A DNA stretch of 64,000 bases from an uncultured virus (IMG/VR IMGVR_UViG_2660238032_000003) (IMGVR_UViG_2660238032_000003), one strand, 5' to 3'; positions 11,047 through 20,293 are shown, counted from the first letter of the stretch. Notes: a model not told the origin generated them from the letters alone. Made by a program: numbers and translations.

Positions 11047-11445
11047 TTAAAATGCACTATCTATTTGATCAAAAATCCATGTTAAAATATATAAACATGC
11101 ATACATTAAAGAATATTTAATTACAACTTGTCCTATTTCAGAAGCACTTCCACCCTTTTTCATTCCACTTCTTATAATCTCTACACTTGCACATATAATT
11201 GCAATCCATCTTCCACCTTTCCTAACATAATATAAGAGTTTATTTCCTAGTTGATCTATTCCATCGTCCGCAAATGCTAATTCTGATTTACTAATAAACA
11301 TTAATGCTATAGCAAGTCCTACTACCATATGTTGCTCAAATTTCTTACTATCTTTCACTCCTAAGTTTTCTAATTTTATATCTAATGTATTTTTATCACC
11401 ATTTTTCCATTGTAAATATTGCTGATGATTCATTACAGTTTTCAT
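11047..11445 (-). CDS. Membrane protein with TrbC/VirB2 pilin-like layout
   Basis: Hydrophobic stretch ending in AFA/DD (cleavage-like site), then two TM helices; GGAGG RBS. Confidence 0.55.
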   Translation of the reverse strand: MKTVMNHQQYLQWKNGDKNTLDIKLENLGVKDSKKFEQHMVVGLAIALMFISKSELAFADDGIDQLGNKLLYYVRKGGRWIAIICASVEIIRSGMKKGGSASEIGQVVIKYSLMYACLYILTWIFDQIDSAF

Positions 11446-11513
11446 ACTTCCTCCTGAATAAAAATTACTTTATTGCAAATAATATGAGTATAAAGTTAAG
11501 GACGGTGATTATA

Positions 11514-11591
11514 ATGACAGTCGAATTCGCAATAGTTTTGGGTTATACAATTGCATACGGTGTAATGGAATTTGCAGCTCATTTCTTATAA
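11514..11591 (+). CDS. 25-aa hydrophobic peptide
   Basis: AAGGACGGTG RBS then MTVEFAIVLGYTIAYGVMEFAAHFL, on the strand opposite the module. Confidence 0.45.
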   Translation: MTVEFAIVLGYTIAYGVMEFAAHFL

Positions 11592-11683
11592 AATTTTTAT
11601 TTTCTCATTAAAATAGGAATATTTTTAAATATTGTTTGCATATACTTAGAGTGTAACTCGTTACGCTATAAGTTAAATCACCT

Positions 11684-11715
11684 AAGTCTACCTATACATC
11701 AGGTAGGCTTTTTTC
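11684..11715 (+). terminator. Terminator hairpin
   Basis: AAGTCTACCT-ATACATC-AGGTAGGCTT followed by a T-run on the plus strand. Confidence 0.7.
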
Positions 11716-11952
11716 TTACAATTCAGCCTTTTCTATGCTAAATTCTATTCTTCTGTTCTTATGATCTATCTCAAAGTTTCTATAATAATATCCCAAACAT
11801 TCTCCATCTAAAAATTCTTCATATAATGAATCATTTGCAAAATTTTCTTCTAACCATGTTTGCATAAATTGATCTAATAATCCACTTTCATTAATGTCTG
11901 TTTCTTCGTTTAATTCGTTGTATTTATTTTCTAAATAATCATATAAACTCAT
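11716..11952 (-). CDS. Acidic hypothetical protein
   Basis: 78-aa ORF with GGAGG RBS, downstream of the ParR-like gene. Confidence 0.65.
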   Translation of the reverse strand: MSLYDYLENKYNELNEETDINESGLLDQFMQTWLEENFANDSLYEEFLDGECLGYYYRNFEIDHKNRRIEFSIEKAEL

Positions 11953-11963
11953 TACAATACCTC

Positions 11964-12155
11964 CTAAAAATCTAATATATTAACATCTTCATCAACATTT
12001 TCTTTTATTTCGTCATCATCTAGCTTTACATCCTTTAAAGCCTTTCTCAATAGATCTTTAATATCTGCTGACTTGTCATCTAAAGAATTAAGATATTTAT
12101 ATAATTTCAAGTCCTTTGAAGTCTCTTTAAAGCTTACACTTATTTTTCTTGCCAT
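11964..12155 (-). CDS. ParR-like ribbon-helix-helix adaptor
   Basis: RKISVSF strand plus two helices and an acidic tail; overlaps the parM stop. Confidence 0.65.
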   Translation of the reverse strand: MARKISVSFKETSKDLKLYKYLNSLDDKSADIKDLLRKALKDVKLDDDEIKENVDEDVNILDF

Positions 12156-13027
12156 ATTGATTCCCCCAATCTTTTAAAACCTTTTGCATTATCAAAAACA
12201 GGATCATTACTAATAATTAAATTTTCTAATCTATTTTTAAATGCTTGTTTAAATGTAATACCTCCACCACCAGTTAGTAATACATATCCTTTAGAAGTGT
12301 TAAAATTAAACTGTAAATCTTTATATATGCTATTAAAATGTCTTTGTAATATAGGTTTAATAAAAGTAATATCTTGTTGTTTTCCTCTAAGAAATAAACC
12401 TTCCCTTAATATCAATTCACCATCTTCTAACTTATAATCTTCTGTATAAGTTGTATTAACATTATCTATAATATCCTTATATACATTTAACATCCCTACA
12501 GGTATTGTTTTAACAAATCTTATCTTTTTATCTTCAAATAAGCATACATCTGTGGTTCTTCCACCAATATCAACAATTATTAAAGGTTTATTACCTATCA
12601 TTTTCTTTTGTTCAATGGTTAAATTGTAATAAGCAGCAGCACCTTCAGGAGCTACAAGAACATCTGATATAATAATTTCCCTTTTGATACCTTTGTATAT
12701 CACTGTCTTGCCTCTGTTATCTTCAATATACTTTTTAAAATCCTCTTTATTATTTTTAAACTGTTGTATTGGTAATCCTAAAACAATTTGAAAGAAATTT
12801 TCATTTGAACTTCTAGCAAGTGCTGAAAAAAGTAAAGGCAAAGTATTCTCTTTTTGGCTCTTATTCCAATCTGTAGAAAACTCTCCATCTCCTATATATA
12901 AATCAATTCCCTCATAATTAATTTTATTTTCCTCCGAAAAGTTACTAATATCTGAAATTCTACTATAAAAGAAATCATTTTCAGATGTATTTACTCCAAA
13001 ATTTCCTAAATCTACTCCAATTAACAT
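12140..13027 (-). CDS. parM: ParM/StbA actin-like ATPase
   Basis: GVDLGNFGVN (phosphate 1), GLPI, PEGAAA, VDIGGRTTD (phosphate 2), LTGGG, NAKGF. Confidence 0.9.
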   Translation of the reverse strand: MLIGVDLGNFGVNTSENDFFYSRISDISNFSEENKINYEGIDLYIGDGEFSTDWNKSQKENTLPLLFSALARSSNENFFQIVLGLPIQQFKNNKEDFKKYIEDNRGKTVIYKGIKREIIISDVLVAPEGAAAYYNLTIEQKKMIGNKPLIIVDIGGRTTDVCLFEDKKIRFVKTIPVGMLNVYKDIIDNVNTTYTEDYKLEDGELILREGLFLRGKQQDITFIKPILQRHFNSIYKDLQFNFNTSKGYVLLTGGGGITFKQAFKNRLENLIISNDPVFDNAKGFKRLGESIWQEK

Positions 13028-13147
13028 ACTTTTTAACTCCTTATTTCTTACTATGTTATACTATATGCTCCACATGTAAGAAAATTTCCTAATTTTAAAA
13101 AATATTTTTGTATTTTAAGAAAATTATATAAAAAATATGATACCTAG

Positions 13148-13348
13148 TTATTCTAAGTACCATATATCATTAACATTTTTATTTAATTTGTTTGCAACTT
13201 CTAATGCTTTTTCTAATGTTGGTCTACTGTATTCATTTTCCCATCCACTATATGTTTTAATACTCATACCAAGGAATTTTGCAAATTCTCCTGGAGCCAT
13301 TAGATATTCTCTCATCCGTATCTCTTTTAATTTGTTCTTAACTCCCAT
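13148..13348 (-). CDS. XRE-family HTH regulator
   Basis: NKLKEIR...EFAKFLGMSIKTYSGWEN..SRPTLEKALEVA. Confidence 0.85.
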   Translation of the reverse strand: MGVKNKLKEIRMREYLMAPGEFAKFLGMSIKTYSGWENEYSRPTLEKALEVANKLNKNVNDIWYLE

Positions 13349-13396
13349 AATATCACCCTAAATTTATATTACCATATTATTACATTAAAATCTATG

Positions 13397-14308
13397 TTAC
13401 CATGAATATTTCCTTTTAAATAAATATCTACAACATTCTTCTATCCAATAATAATAAACTAAATCAGAATATCTAGGTTTACGTGGATTATAACTGTTAA
13501 ATATATGATTTATAACACGATTCATATATTTTAATGTATTTACTTTTCCTGTTTCAAATTCTGTTGAATAAGCTATTGCAGAACTCAGTAATTGTCTATA
13601 TAAATTTCTTTCTTTATATATATAATCTATAAACATTTTTTTAGCTTCATCTGTTCTATCCTCATAAATGTCATATAACATCTTAATATAAATATATTTA
13701 CTTGTTGTATCATGTATATTTACTTCTTCTATATCTAAATCTTGTAATACATTTGTTATAATTGTTCTAAATTCTTTATTATATGTCTCATCTTCTACGA
13801 GTTTTATCCCACTCTTTAATGCCTCATTTAATAATTCACTTGGATCAAAATATTTATGCAGATCTTTTTGTCTATAATAATCCATATAAATTTTAATTAA
13901 AAATTTTTCATTTTTTCTTAGTGGTTCAAAATAAGGTTCTGTCTTATAGTCATAAAAGTCCCAAAAAAACTCACATCCTTTATGTTTATGACTACATACT
14001 GCATATTCAAGTTCATTCATAGTATGATAATACCTTTCTAAATATTTTCTATTTCTTTCTTCACATTTGTCTACTATTCTAAATTTTATATTATCTTCAC
14101 CAATATAATTATATAATTCCTGTAACGCCTTACAGTGATGATTATTTTTTCTTAGATATCTTAAATGTTCATTTTTTCTTTCTTTTAGATTTTTAATTGT
14201 ATTACCTATATATATAATATCTGAATACGGAGAATATATTATATATATAATTGCCATTCCTTCCTCTGTATTTAAATTTTTATAGTTTACTTCAAATAAA
14301 TCTTTCAT
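13397..14308 (-). CDS. GIY-YIG nuclease-domain protein
   Basis: IIYII...YIGNT...ERKNEH...LQ..YN motif in the N-terminal third. Confidence 0.8.
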   Translation of the reverse strand: MKDLFEVNYKNLNTEEGMAIIYIIYSPYSDIIYIGNTIKNLKERKNEHLRYLRKNNHHCKALQELYNYIGEDNIKFRIVDKCEERNRKYLERYYHTMNELEYAVCSHKHKGCEFFWDFYDYKTEPYFEPLRKNEKFLIKIYMDYYRQKDLHKYFDPSELLNEALKSGIKLVEDETYNKEFRTIITNVLQDLDIEEVNIHDTTSKYIYIKMLYDIYEDRTDEAKKMFIDYIYKERNLYRQLLSSAIAYSTEFETGKVNTLKYMNRVINHIFNSYNPRKPRYSDLVYYYWIEECCRYLFKRKYSW

Positions 14309-14388
14309 TAATTATCACCATCTAATTCTATTAGCCATTTACTTTATATTAATTTCCAATAATACGAAAATTAAACACTTGCTTAAAT

Positions 14389-14424
14389 AAAAAAAGAACT
14401 ACTTAAATAAAAAAGTAGTTCTTT
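14389..14424. terminator. Terminator hairpin
   Basis: AAAGAACTACTT/AAGTAGTTCTTT inverted repeat with an A/T run. Confidence 0.7.
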
Positions 14425-14435
14425 ACAATTAAATT

Positions 14436-15512
14436 TTAATTACATTTAGAACATGGTCTTAAGCTCTTTGCTTTAGCATCTTCTAAAGACATTTCACTTG
14501 GAGATTTCATATTACTGCAATCCTTGCTTGAATGATAAACCTTTGAAGTTTTATTCGCTACCCAAACACTATTGCTTTTTGTCTTAGTCTCTGAAGTGCT
14601 ATTGTTAGTTGTATTTCCTGTATTAGTTCCACTTGCATTAACATTAAAATTTATATTATTTCCATCTGAACTAGATATTATAGTTCCACTTACATCTGTC
14701 CTTAATATATTAATATTTTTTGCATTTAGTTTATCAATTGTTTCTTGATGAGGATGACCATAATCATTTCCTTTACCACAAGAAACAATAGCATATCTTG
14801 GATTTACTTTGTCTAAAAATGCTTGAGAAGTTGAAGAATGACTTCCATGATGACCTAACTTAAGTACGTCTGCACTAATATCTAATTGCTTGGCTAATAT
14901 TTCGCCTTCACTTAATGCTTCTGCATCTCCTGTAAATAAGTAAGATGTATTACCAAATCTTAATTTACACACTATTGAATAGTTATTCATATCTTGATAG
15001 GTAGCACTATTAGGAGCTAAAAATTGTAATGTAGCATTACCTATAGTTAATGTATCACCTATAGTTGGTGCTGTAAGTTTTAAACCTTTATTTTGTAATG
15101 CCTTTATCATATTTTCAAAAGTCTTAGTCGTATGATTAACTTTAGGAGCATAAAATTCTCCAATTTCAAAATTATTAATTATACTTGTCATTCCTCCAAT
15201 GTGGTCTTCATGTGGATGTGTGGCAAGTACATAATCTAGTTTGCTTATTCCAATAGATTTTAAGTAGTTCAATGCTTTGTTATCATTACATCCTGCATCA
15301 ATTAAAATATTCTTTCCATCAACCTGTATAAGTTCGCTATCCCCTTGTCCTACATCAATATAGTGGACTTTCATATTTCCTACTGAGGTTTCTTGTGTTT
15401 TAGTAGTTTCAATATTAGTTTTGTTAATAGCATTAGCTTGTTTACATCCTAAAGTAAATGTTGATAACAATACTGCTAAAGATAAACTAAGTAGTTTTTT
15501 AGCATTTTTCAT
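14436..15512 (-). CDS. ComEC/Rec2-like metallo-beta-lactamase-fold lipoprotein
   Basis: Lipobox LGC; DVGQGD, THPHEDHIGG, FTGDAE, GHHGS, YGHP; C-terminal YH..C..CxxC domain. Confidence 0.9.
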   Translation of the reverse strand: MKNAKKLLSLSLAVLLSTFTLGCKQANAINKTNIETTKTQETSVGNMKVHYIDVGQGDSELIQVDGKNILIDAGCNDNKALNYLKSIGISKLDYVLATHPHEDHIGGMTSIINNFEIGEFYAPKVNHTTKTFENMIKALQNKGLKLTAPTIGDTLTIGNATLQFLAPNSATYQDMNNYSIVCKLRFGNTSYLFTGDAEALSEGEILAKQLDISADVLKLGHHGSHSSTSQAFLDKVNPRYAIVSCGKGNDYGHPHQETIDKLNAKNINILRTDVSGTIISSSDGNNINFNVNASGTNTGNTTNNSTSETKTKSNSVWVANKTSKVYHSSKDCSNMKSPSEMSLEDAKAKSLRPCSKCN

Positions 15513-15666
15513 TCATTCATCCCCTCTTAAATTATTTTTATATTTTAATTGTATATTATTACTAAATTTTGTCAATATTCTAAATAAGATATTAAAATTG
15601 CCCAATAAAATAGAGGTGTATAGATTTTTCTATATTACCTCTATTTTTATTATGTTTAACTATGTG

Positions 15667-16155
15667 TTACCAACACTTCTCACAAATTTTATGTTTTACT
15701 TTCGCATCATTAACTGTAGTTTTTATAGCTTTGTTTGGATTCATCTTGCCACAATTAGGTATCTTATGATATTTATCTCCTGTTGCTGATAAATAAGCGA
15801 TTTGACTATCTGTAACAAAATCTCCAGTAGATGAACTTCCAGTGTTTGTAGTCCAAACACCATTGTTGTTTAAATAATAATTTCCAACATAGCAATTCTG
15901 AGCCATTTGTCCATTAGACCAACAATAATACCAGTTACCATTGTCATTAATCCAGCCAGTTTTCATATAACCATTTGAATCAAAGTAATACCACTTTCCA
16001 TCTATTTGTTCCCAACCTACAGAATATGAACTTCCTTGTGTATACCACCATCCAGTATTATTTTGTTTCCATGCTGCATTAGCTTGTACAGGATTTAACA
16101 TTGCTAATCCACAAAATACAAGCAATGCTGAAAGTAGCTTTTTAAAGTTTTTCAT
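15667..16155 (-). CDS. Secreted choline/cell-wall-binding repeat protein
   Basis: Signal peptide (ANA/AW), GWEQIDGKWYYF-type repeats, C-terminal YH..C..CxxC domain. Confidence 0.85.
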   Translation of the reverse strand: MKNFKKLLSALLVFCGLAMLNPVQANAAWKQNNTGWWYTQGSSYSVGWEQIDGKWYYFDSNGYMKTGWINDNGNWYYCWSNGQMAQNCYVGNYYLNNNGVWTTNTGSSSTGDFVTDSQIAYLSATGDKYHKIPNCGKMNPNKAIKTTVNDAKVKHKICEKCW

Positions 16156-16288
16156 TTTGTTATCCCCCTATTTTTATATTTACGTGTATTATTTTACTAT
16201 TAATTGCAATTAAGTTCAATATAATTGTAATTAATTAACTATAAATGTTATAATATGTCTATAAGCAATTGAAATAGGGGATGAGAAA

Positions 16289-16960
16289 ATGAGTAAATCA
16301 ATAATAAAAATCAATGGAAAAATCGATAAAATACTTAAAACTAATAAAGATGGTTCTGCAGTAGTTTTATTTAAAAATGAAAATGAGGATATTTTTAATT
16401 TACAATCATCAATAATTATGGTCGAGATAACCAAAAGACAATGGCGAAATTTTAAAAACCTTCCCGATATATTAGATTTATATTTGAATATTTATGGAAA
16501 ATTTGAAATAAGAACATTAAAAGAAAATAAAACTTATATTTATGTGAAATCTATTGCTATAAAAAAAGTAGGCTTAAAAGAACAAAAACAGATATTAGAT
16601 CATGATGATAAAATAGATAAACACTATAAACAAGATGTTTATTTTCAACAAAGAGATTATGATAATATGTGGTTTAAAAGATTAGAAGAAATTGAATTTC
16701 AAGACGTTGATATAAACAACGTTAAATTAGTTGAAAAAACACATTTAAATTCTAGAATATCAATATTCAACATAAAAAATATGAGCAACTATAAGGATTT
16801 AACACCTATTGCGATAAGAAAAAATGAGGAGGGTACTTATGAACTTATTGCAGGATTAAAGACTTTTATAGTAGCAAAATTATTTTCTCGAAATGTTAAA
16901 GCGTATATAACTGATTTAGATAGAGAATCCTTTAAAGAAAAATATTCATTAACAATATAG
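16289..16960 (+). CDS. Hypothetical protein with a possible ParB/Srx-like C-terminal domain
   Basis: PIAIRKNEEGTYELIAGLKTFIVAK resembles the ParB-N PI.V....YEIIAG.RR motif but lacks the arginine patch. Confidence 0.5.
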   Translation: MSKSIIKINGKIDKILKTNKDGSAVVLFKNENEDIFNLQSSIIMVEITKRQWRNFKNLPDILDLYLNIYGKFEIRTLKENKTYIYVKSIAIKKVGLKEQKQILDHDDKIDKHYKQDVYFQQRDYDNMWFKRLEEIEFQDVDINNVKLVEKTHLNSRISIFNIKNMSNYKDLTPIAIRKNEEGTYELIAGLKTFIVAKLFSRNVKAYITDLDRESFKEKYSLTI

Positions 16961-17067
16961 ACAAGTTTTTTATTTAGATAATAAAATTAAAGCAGTAAGT
17001 ATTTCTTTACCTACTGCTTTTATTAATATAATTTTTAAAATAAAATTTAAGTTTTATATTATTGTTT

Positions 17068-17397
17068 TTAATCTCCCTCTGTATAAAGATATTTAGATGC
17101 CACATAACCAGTATTTCCATTGGAATCTGTTACTTTACTCCATTGATAACCATCAGCAGTTCCTGCATTCAAACTCTCAATGCCAACAGATTCATTATTA
17201 CTAAAATATTTAATACGATTTGAATTTACTGATTTAGATTCTCTAAATGCAACTCTAGTACCATCTATATGCCCCCAAAATCCTGTAGCTGGATTATTGT
17301 AAGAAGCATACGCTACTGTAGAAAATGTTGTTGGCATAATAAAAGTTGTACCTAAAATGGCTAAACTTAAGAATCCAAACAAAAATAATTTTTTCAT
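17068..17397 (-). CDS. Secreted SH3b-domain protein
   Basis: Signal peptide (AYA); VAFRES...WSKVTDSNGNTGYVASKYL; GAGGGAGGG RBS before the ATG at 17397. Confidence 0.75.
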   Translation of the reverse strand: MKKLFLFGFLSLAILGTTFIMPTTFSTVAYASYNNPATGFWGHIDGTRVAFRESKSVNSNRIKYFSNNESVGIESLNAGTADGYQWSKVTDSNGNTGYVASKYLYTEGD

Positions 17398-17733
17398 AAT
17401 ATCCCTCCCTCTTAACCTTTTATATATTTTAACATATTTTCTATAAAATTCAAATAAAAATATGTTCTTATTAATCAACTTGAATTATATTAATATTTTG
17501 AATTGTGCTACAAAATAAGGACAGTACATAGAACTTAATCTACATACTGCCCTTAAAGTAAATTTTATTTACAAATAATAACTCCATTTTTTAAGAATAC
17601 ACATAGATATATTATCTTTAAATAATTATTAATTTTAACTTTTTAACATATAATTACATATAATATTATAAATTATATTGATTATTTATTAGTTTATTCT
17701 TATAATTAAGTTAAAAGAGGAGGTGATTGTTAA

Positions 17734-17958
17734 ATGTATTTTTCTAATTTTATAAGTTTTCTATCACAGTTAGGTACATTTATGGTTATTTTTTCTCTTT
17801 TTTATTTTTTGTTTAAATTCATTTTTAATATAATATTAAAATATTTTATTAAAAATGATTATATTATGTTAAAAAAGATTTACATTAGTGATTGTTTAAG
17901 TATACTTAGTAGTTTGATTTTTATATTTAAGTTTATAACAATATATCCCTGTAAATAA
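17734..17958 (+). CDS. Small membrane protein
   Basis: GAGGAGGTG RBS; two hydrophobic helices. Confidence 0.55.
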   Translation: MYFSNFISFLSQLGTFMVIFSLFYFLFKFIFNIILKYFIKNDYIMLKKIYISDCLSILSSLIFIFKFITIYPCK

Positions 17959-17979
17959 GCAATGTACTATACTCATTGC

Positions 17980-19062
17980 TTATTTTTCTATATTTAGTTC
18001 ATTATCTAGTTTATTTTGTTTTTCCGGAACTTCTATTTCTAATTTTTCTTGATTTTCTTTAAAGTCTTTAACTAATTGTTTTAGTTCTTCATCATCTTCT
18101 TTTTCTTTCATAATCTTTTCATTTACTTCCATAACAGTTGATATTAATTTAGGTAAACCTTCACTTTCTATGTCTACTTTAGCTCCCAAAAATTCAAAAT
18201 TAAAATGTGATCCAAACAGTGCTGTTATTATTGTTCCACAAATTAAAATAGTGAACATTTTACTTTTTAATTGTAGTGGTCCTTTAGATTGTACATTAAC
18301 TTTTAATATAATATCATCCTTATTAAACTTCCACTCAGGAAATTTATTACAAATATAGTTCATAAGTTTATCATTATTATTTAAAAAACTTAACATATCT
18401 GAATATGGTATATTAGATTTTTTATTAATTCTATAGGTAAAATACCCTTCATCACCTTTTATATAAAATTGTGATAACATACGGTCTATGAATATATTAT
18501 ATTTATTTGCATCTGCTACTGCACTATGTGAATAAATAATATTTAATAAGTAGGGATCCCATTCACTTCTTTTAAATGTTTTTAACCATTTGACCTTTCT
18601 ACGCTTTTTTATTATTATTTTTTTTTCTTTATCATCTGATTCATCTAAATAATCAAGTAAACTTTCAAAATCTGTTTCTGATTTATCCTCTTCATATATT
18701 TCTATATCGTCATCTAAAATTTCTCCTATTGCAATCCATCTAGATTTTTCATTAGGAATTAATACAATATCTCCTTTTTTTATATCATAAACAAACTTTT
18801 TAATCTGATTCATTATATATCCTGGTTTATCAACATCCTTATAGCATTTTTTTATTTTTTCTTTCCACTGATCTTCTGTCGCACTTTTTATAAAGTTCAA
18901 ATCACTAATTTCATCCCATTCAATTCCTACAAAATTTTCATTTGTAAAATCATCATAATAATTTCCACCTTGAGTTCTTATAAACCAATAATTACGATTT
19001 TTAGGGAATACATTAATTCCAATTTTATTTAAAAGACTTTCTTCTTTAATGCTAAGCTCCAT
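17980..19062 (-). CDS. Hypothetical protein with a PUA/EVE-like N-terminal domain and a C-terminal TM helix
   Basis: YWFIRTQGG..FVGIEW...IKKGDIVLIP..IAIGEI..RRKVKW, then a hydrophobic helix and a coiled tail. Confidence 0.55.
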   Translation of the reverse strand: MELSIKEESLLNKIGINVFPKNRNYWFIRTQGGNYYDDFTNENFVGIEWDEISDLNFIKSATEDQWKEKIKKCYKDVDKPGYIMNQIKKFVYDIKKGDIVLIPNEKSRWIAIGEILDDDIEIYEEDKSETDFESLLDYLDESDDKEKKIIIKKRRKVKWLKTFKRSEWDPYLLNIIYSHSAVADANKYNIFIDRMLSQFYIKGDEGYFTYRINKKSNIPYSDMLSFLNNNDKLMNYICNKFPEWKFNKDDIILKVNVQSKGPLQLKSKMFTILICGTIITALFGSHFNFEFLGAKVDIESEGLPKLISTVMEVNEKIMKEKEDDEELKQLVKDFKENQEKLEIEVPEKQNKLDNELNIEK

Positions 19063-19270
19063 TATTTTTCACCCCTATTTATAAAATATCGAATTTTAAT
19101 AAGATTAATTGTACATAATGTATTTGCTATTTATTATATTTACATAATACTACAACTTGTCCAAGTTTTCCATAAAAAGAAAAAGAGTAACAAATAAGAT
19201 TTCTCCTATCTGCTACCCTTAAATGTTTTCTAATTTTATGTGTAATTTAGCCACACATATTATAACATAT

Positions 19271-20062
19271 TTAATTATTGCCTGTATAATCAGCATTTAA
19301 AAACATAGCTGCTTCCTTTGTCCTTCTTCTGTAAAGTCCTTCTATTCTTTTACCTCCACCATTACTCCAAGCAACAAAATTAGCTGTAATTGTGTTTTTA
19401 TCTCTTATTCCAGCAACGATATTTTTATATAGTGTAGAACCTAACAATCCTGTTGTGCCACAATTGTATGAAAATGAAACCAAAGCATCAAATTCATGCT
19501 GTTTTAATGCAATACCTTTAAACTCTAAATCTTTTTTTATTACTGGAGCATACTTTTTATTTATCCAATCTTTTAATAACTCTGTTGCCTTTTCTTCTGT
19601 AATCGTATCTGGTAAATCTTCTATTTCCTTTCCTGTAAGTCCATAACCTAATGTTTTAACTCCTACGCAATCTATATATGGAGTAGCAAAATAGCCTTCC
19701 CATGATTTAATAAAATCTATACATATAGTACTAACAAGAGTATCTTCTATCCATGCACCACTAGTATTGAACTTATATTCTTTACCATCTATTGTATAAG
19801 TACCATCACGATACATTTCTCCTTTATAACCATTGCTTACAGGATTTAAATAAAACCACTTACCACTATAGGGACTTTTTAACCAACCAGTAGCCATAGA
19901 ACCATCATTTTTTAAGTAGTACCATCTTTCATCTTTATCCTGTATCCAACTTGTTTGCATTATGCCTTCATCATTTAAATAGTACCATTTTCCATTATTT
20001 TCATACCATCCTTTTATTATTTTTCCATTTTCACCTTGTACACACCATTTCCAATTAGACAT
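19271..20062 (-). CDS. Endolysin: N-terminal choline-binding repeats + GH24 lysozyme
   Basis: GKWYYL repeats; IKSWEG...PYIDCVGVKTLGYG; FDALVSFSYNCG; GLYRRRTKEA. Confidence 0.92.
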   Translation of the reverse strand: MSNWKWCVQGENGKIIKGWYENNGKWYYLNDEGIMQTSWIQDKDERWYYLKNDGSMATGWLKSPYSGKWFYLNPVSNGYKGEMYRDGTYTIDGKEYKFNTSGAWIEDTLVSTICIDFIKSWEGYFATPYIDCVGVKTLGYGLTGKEIEDLPDTITEEKATELLKDWINKKYAPVIKKDLEFKGIALKQHEFDALVSFSYNCGTTGLLGSTLYKNIVAGIRDKNTITANFVAWSNGGGKRIEGLYRRRTKEAAMFLNADYTGNN

Positions 20063-20119
20063 TTTACATTCCTCCTTATTAATATAAAAGAAAAAAGGTA
20101 GCTAAAAATGCTACCTAAA

Positions 20120-20293
20120 TTACTCTTTAATTTCTTTTCTATCTTTACTAAAATAAAATGCTATAACCATTGTATAAATTGTTATAAATTCTGTTGTAAT
20201 TGTATTTTTAATTGCTAGTACAGCAAAAACTATAGTCATTATTACAGCTATAAGCCATCTTGCACTCGTTATTTTATTTAACAATCTATCCAT
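20120..20293 (-). CDS. Putative holin, 57 aa (not in ORF track)
   Basis: MDRLLNKITSARWLIAVIMTIVFAVLAI...VIAFYFSKDRKEIKE; two TMs; directly upstream of the endolysin. Confidence 0.7.
   Translation of the reverse strand: MDRLLNKITSARWLIAVIMTIVFAVLAIKNTITTEFITIYTMVIAFYFSKDRKEIKE

Noticed and set aside
8514..11445. A complete conjugative element or type IV secretion system
   Set aside because: No relaxase, VirB6/VirB8-like channel or second ATPase is visible; reported only as a minimal module.
11385..11513. The 68-aa version of the plus-strand ORF 11385-11591
   Set aside because: Its 5' part overlaps the pilin-like gene; the RBS supports only the 25-aa peptide from 11514.
19235..19270. ATGTGT/ACACAT inverted repeat after the endolysin as a dif-like site
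   Set aside because: Too short and a poor match to Firmicutes dif.
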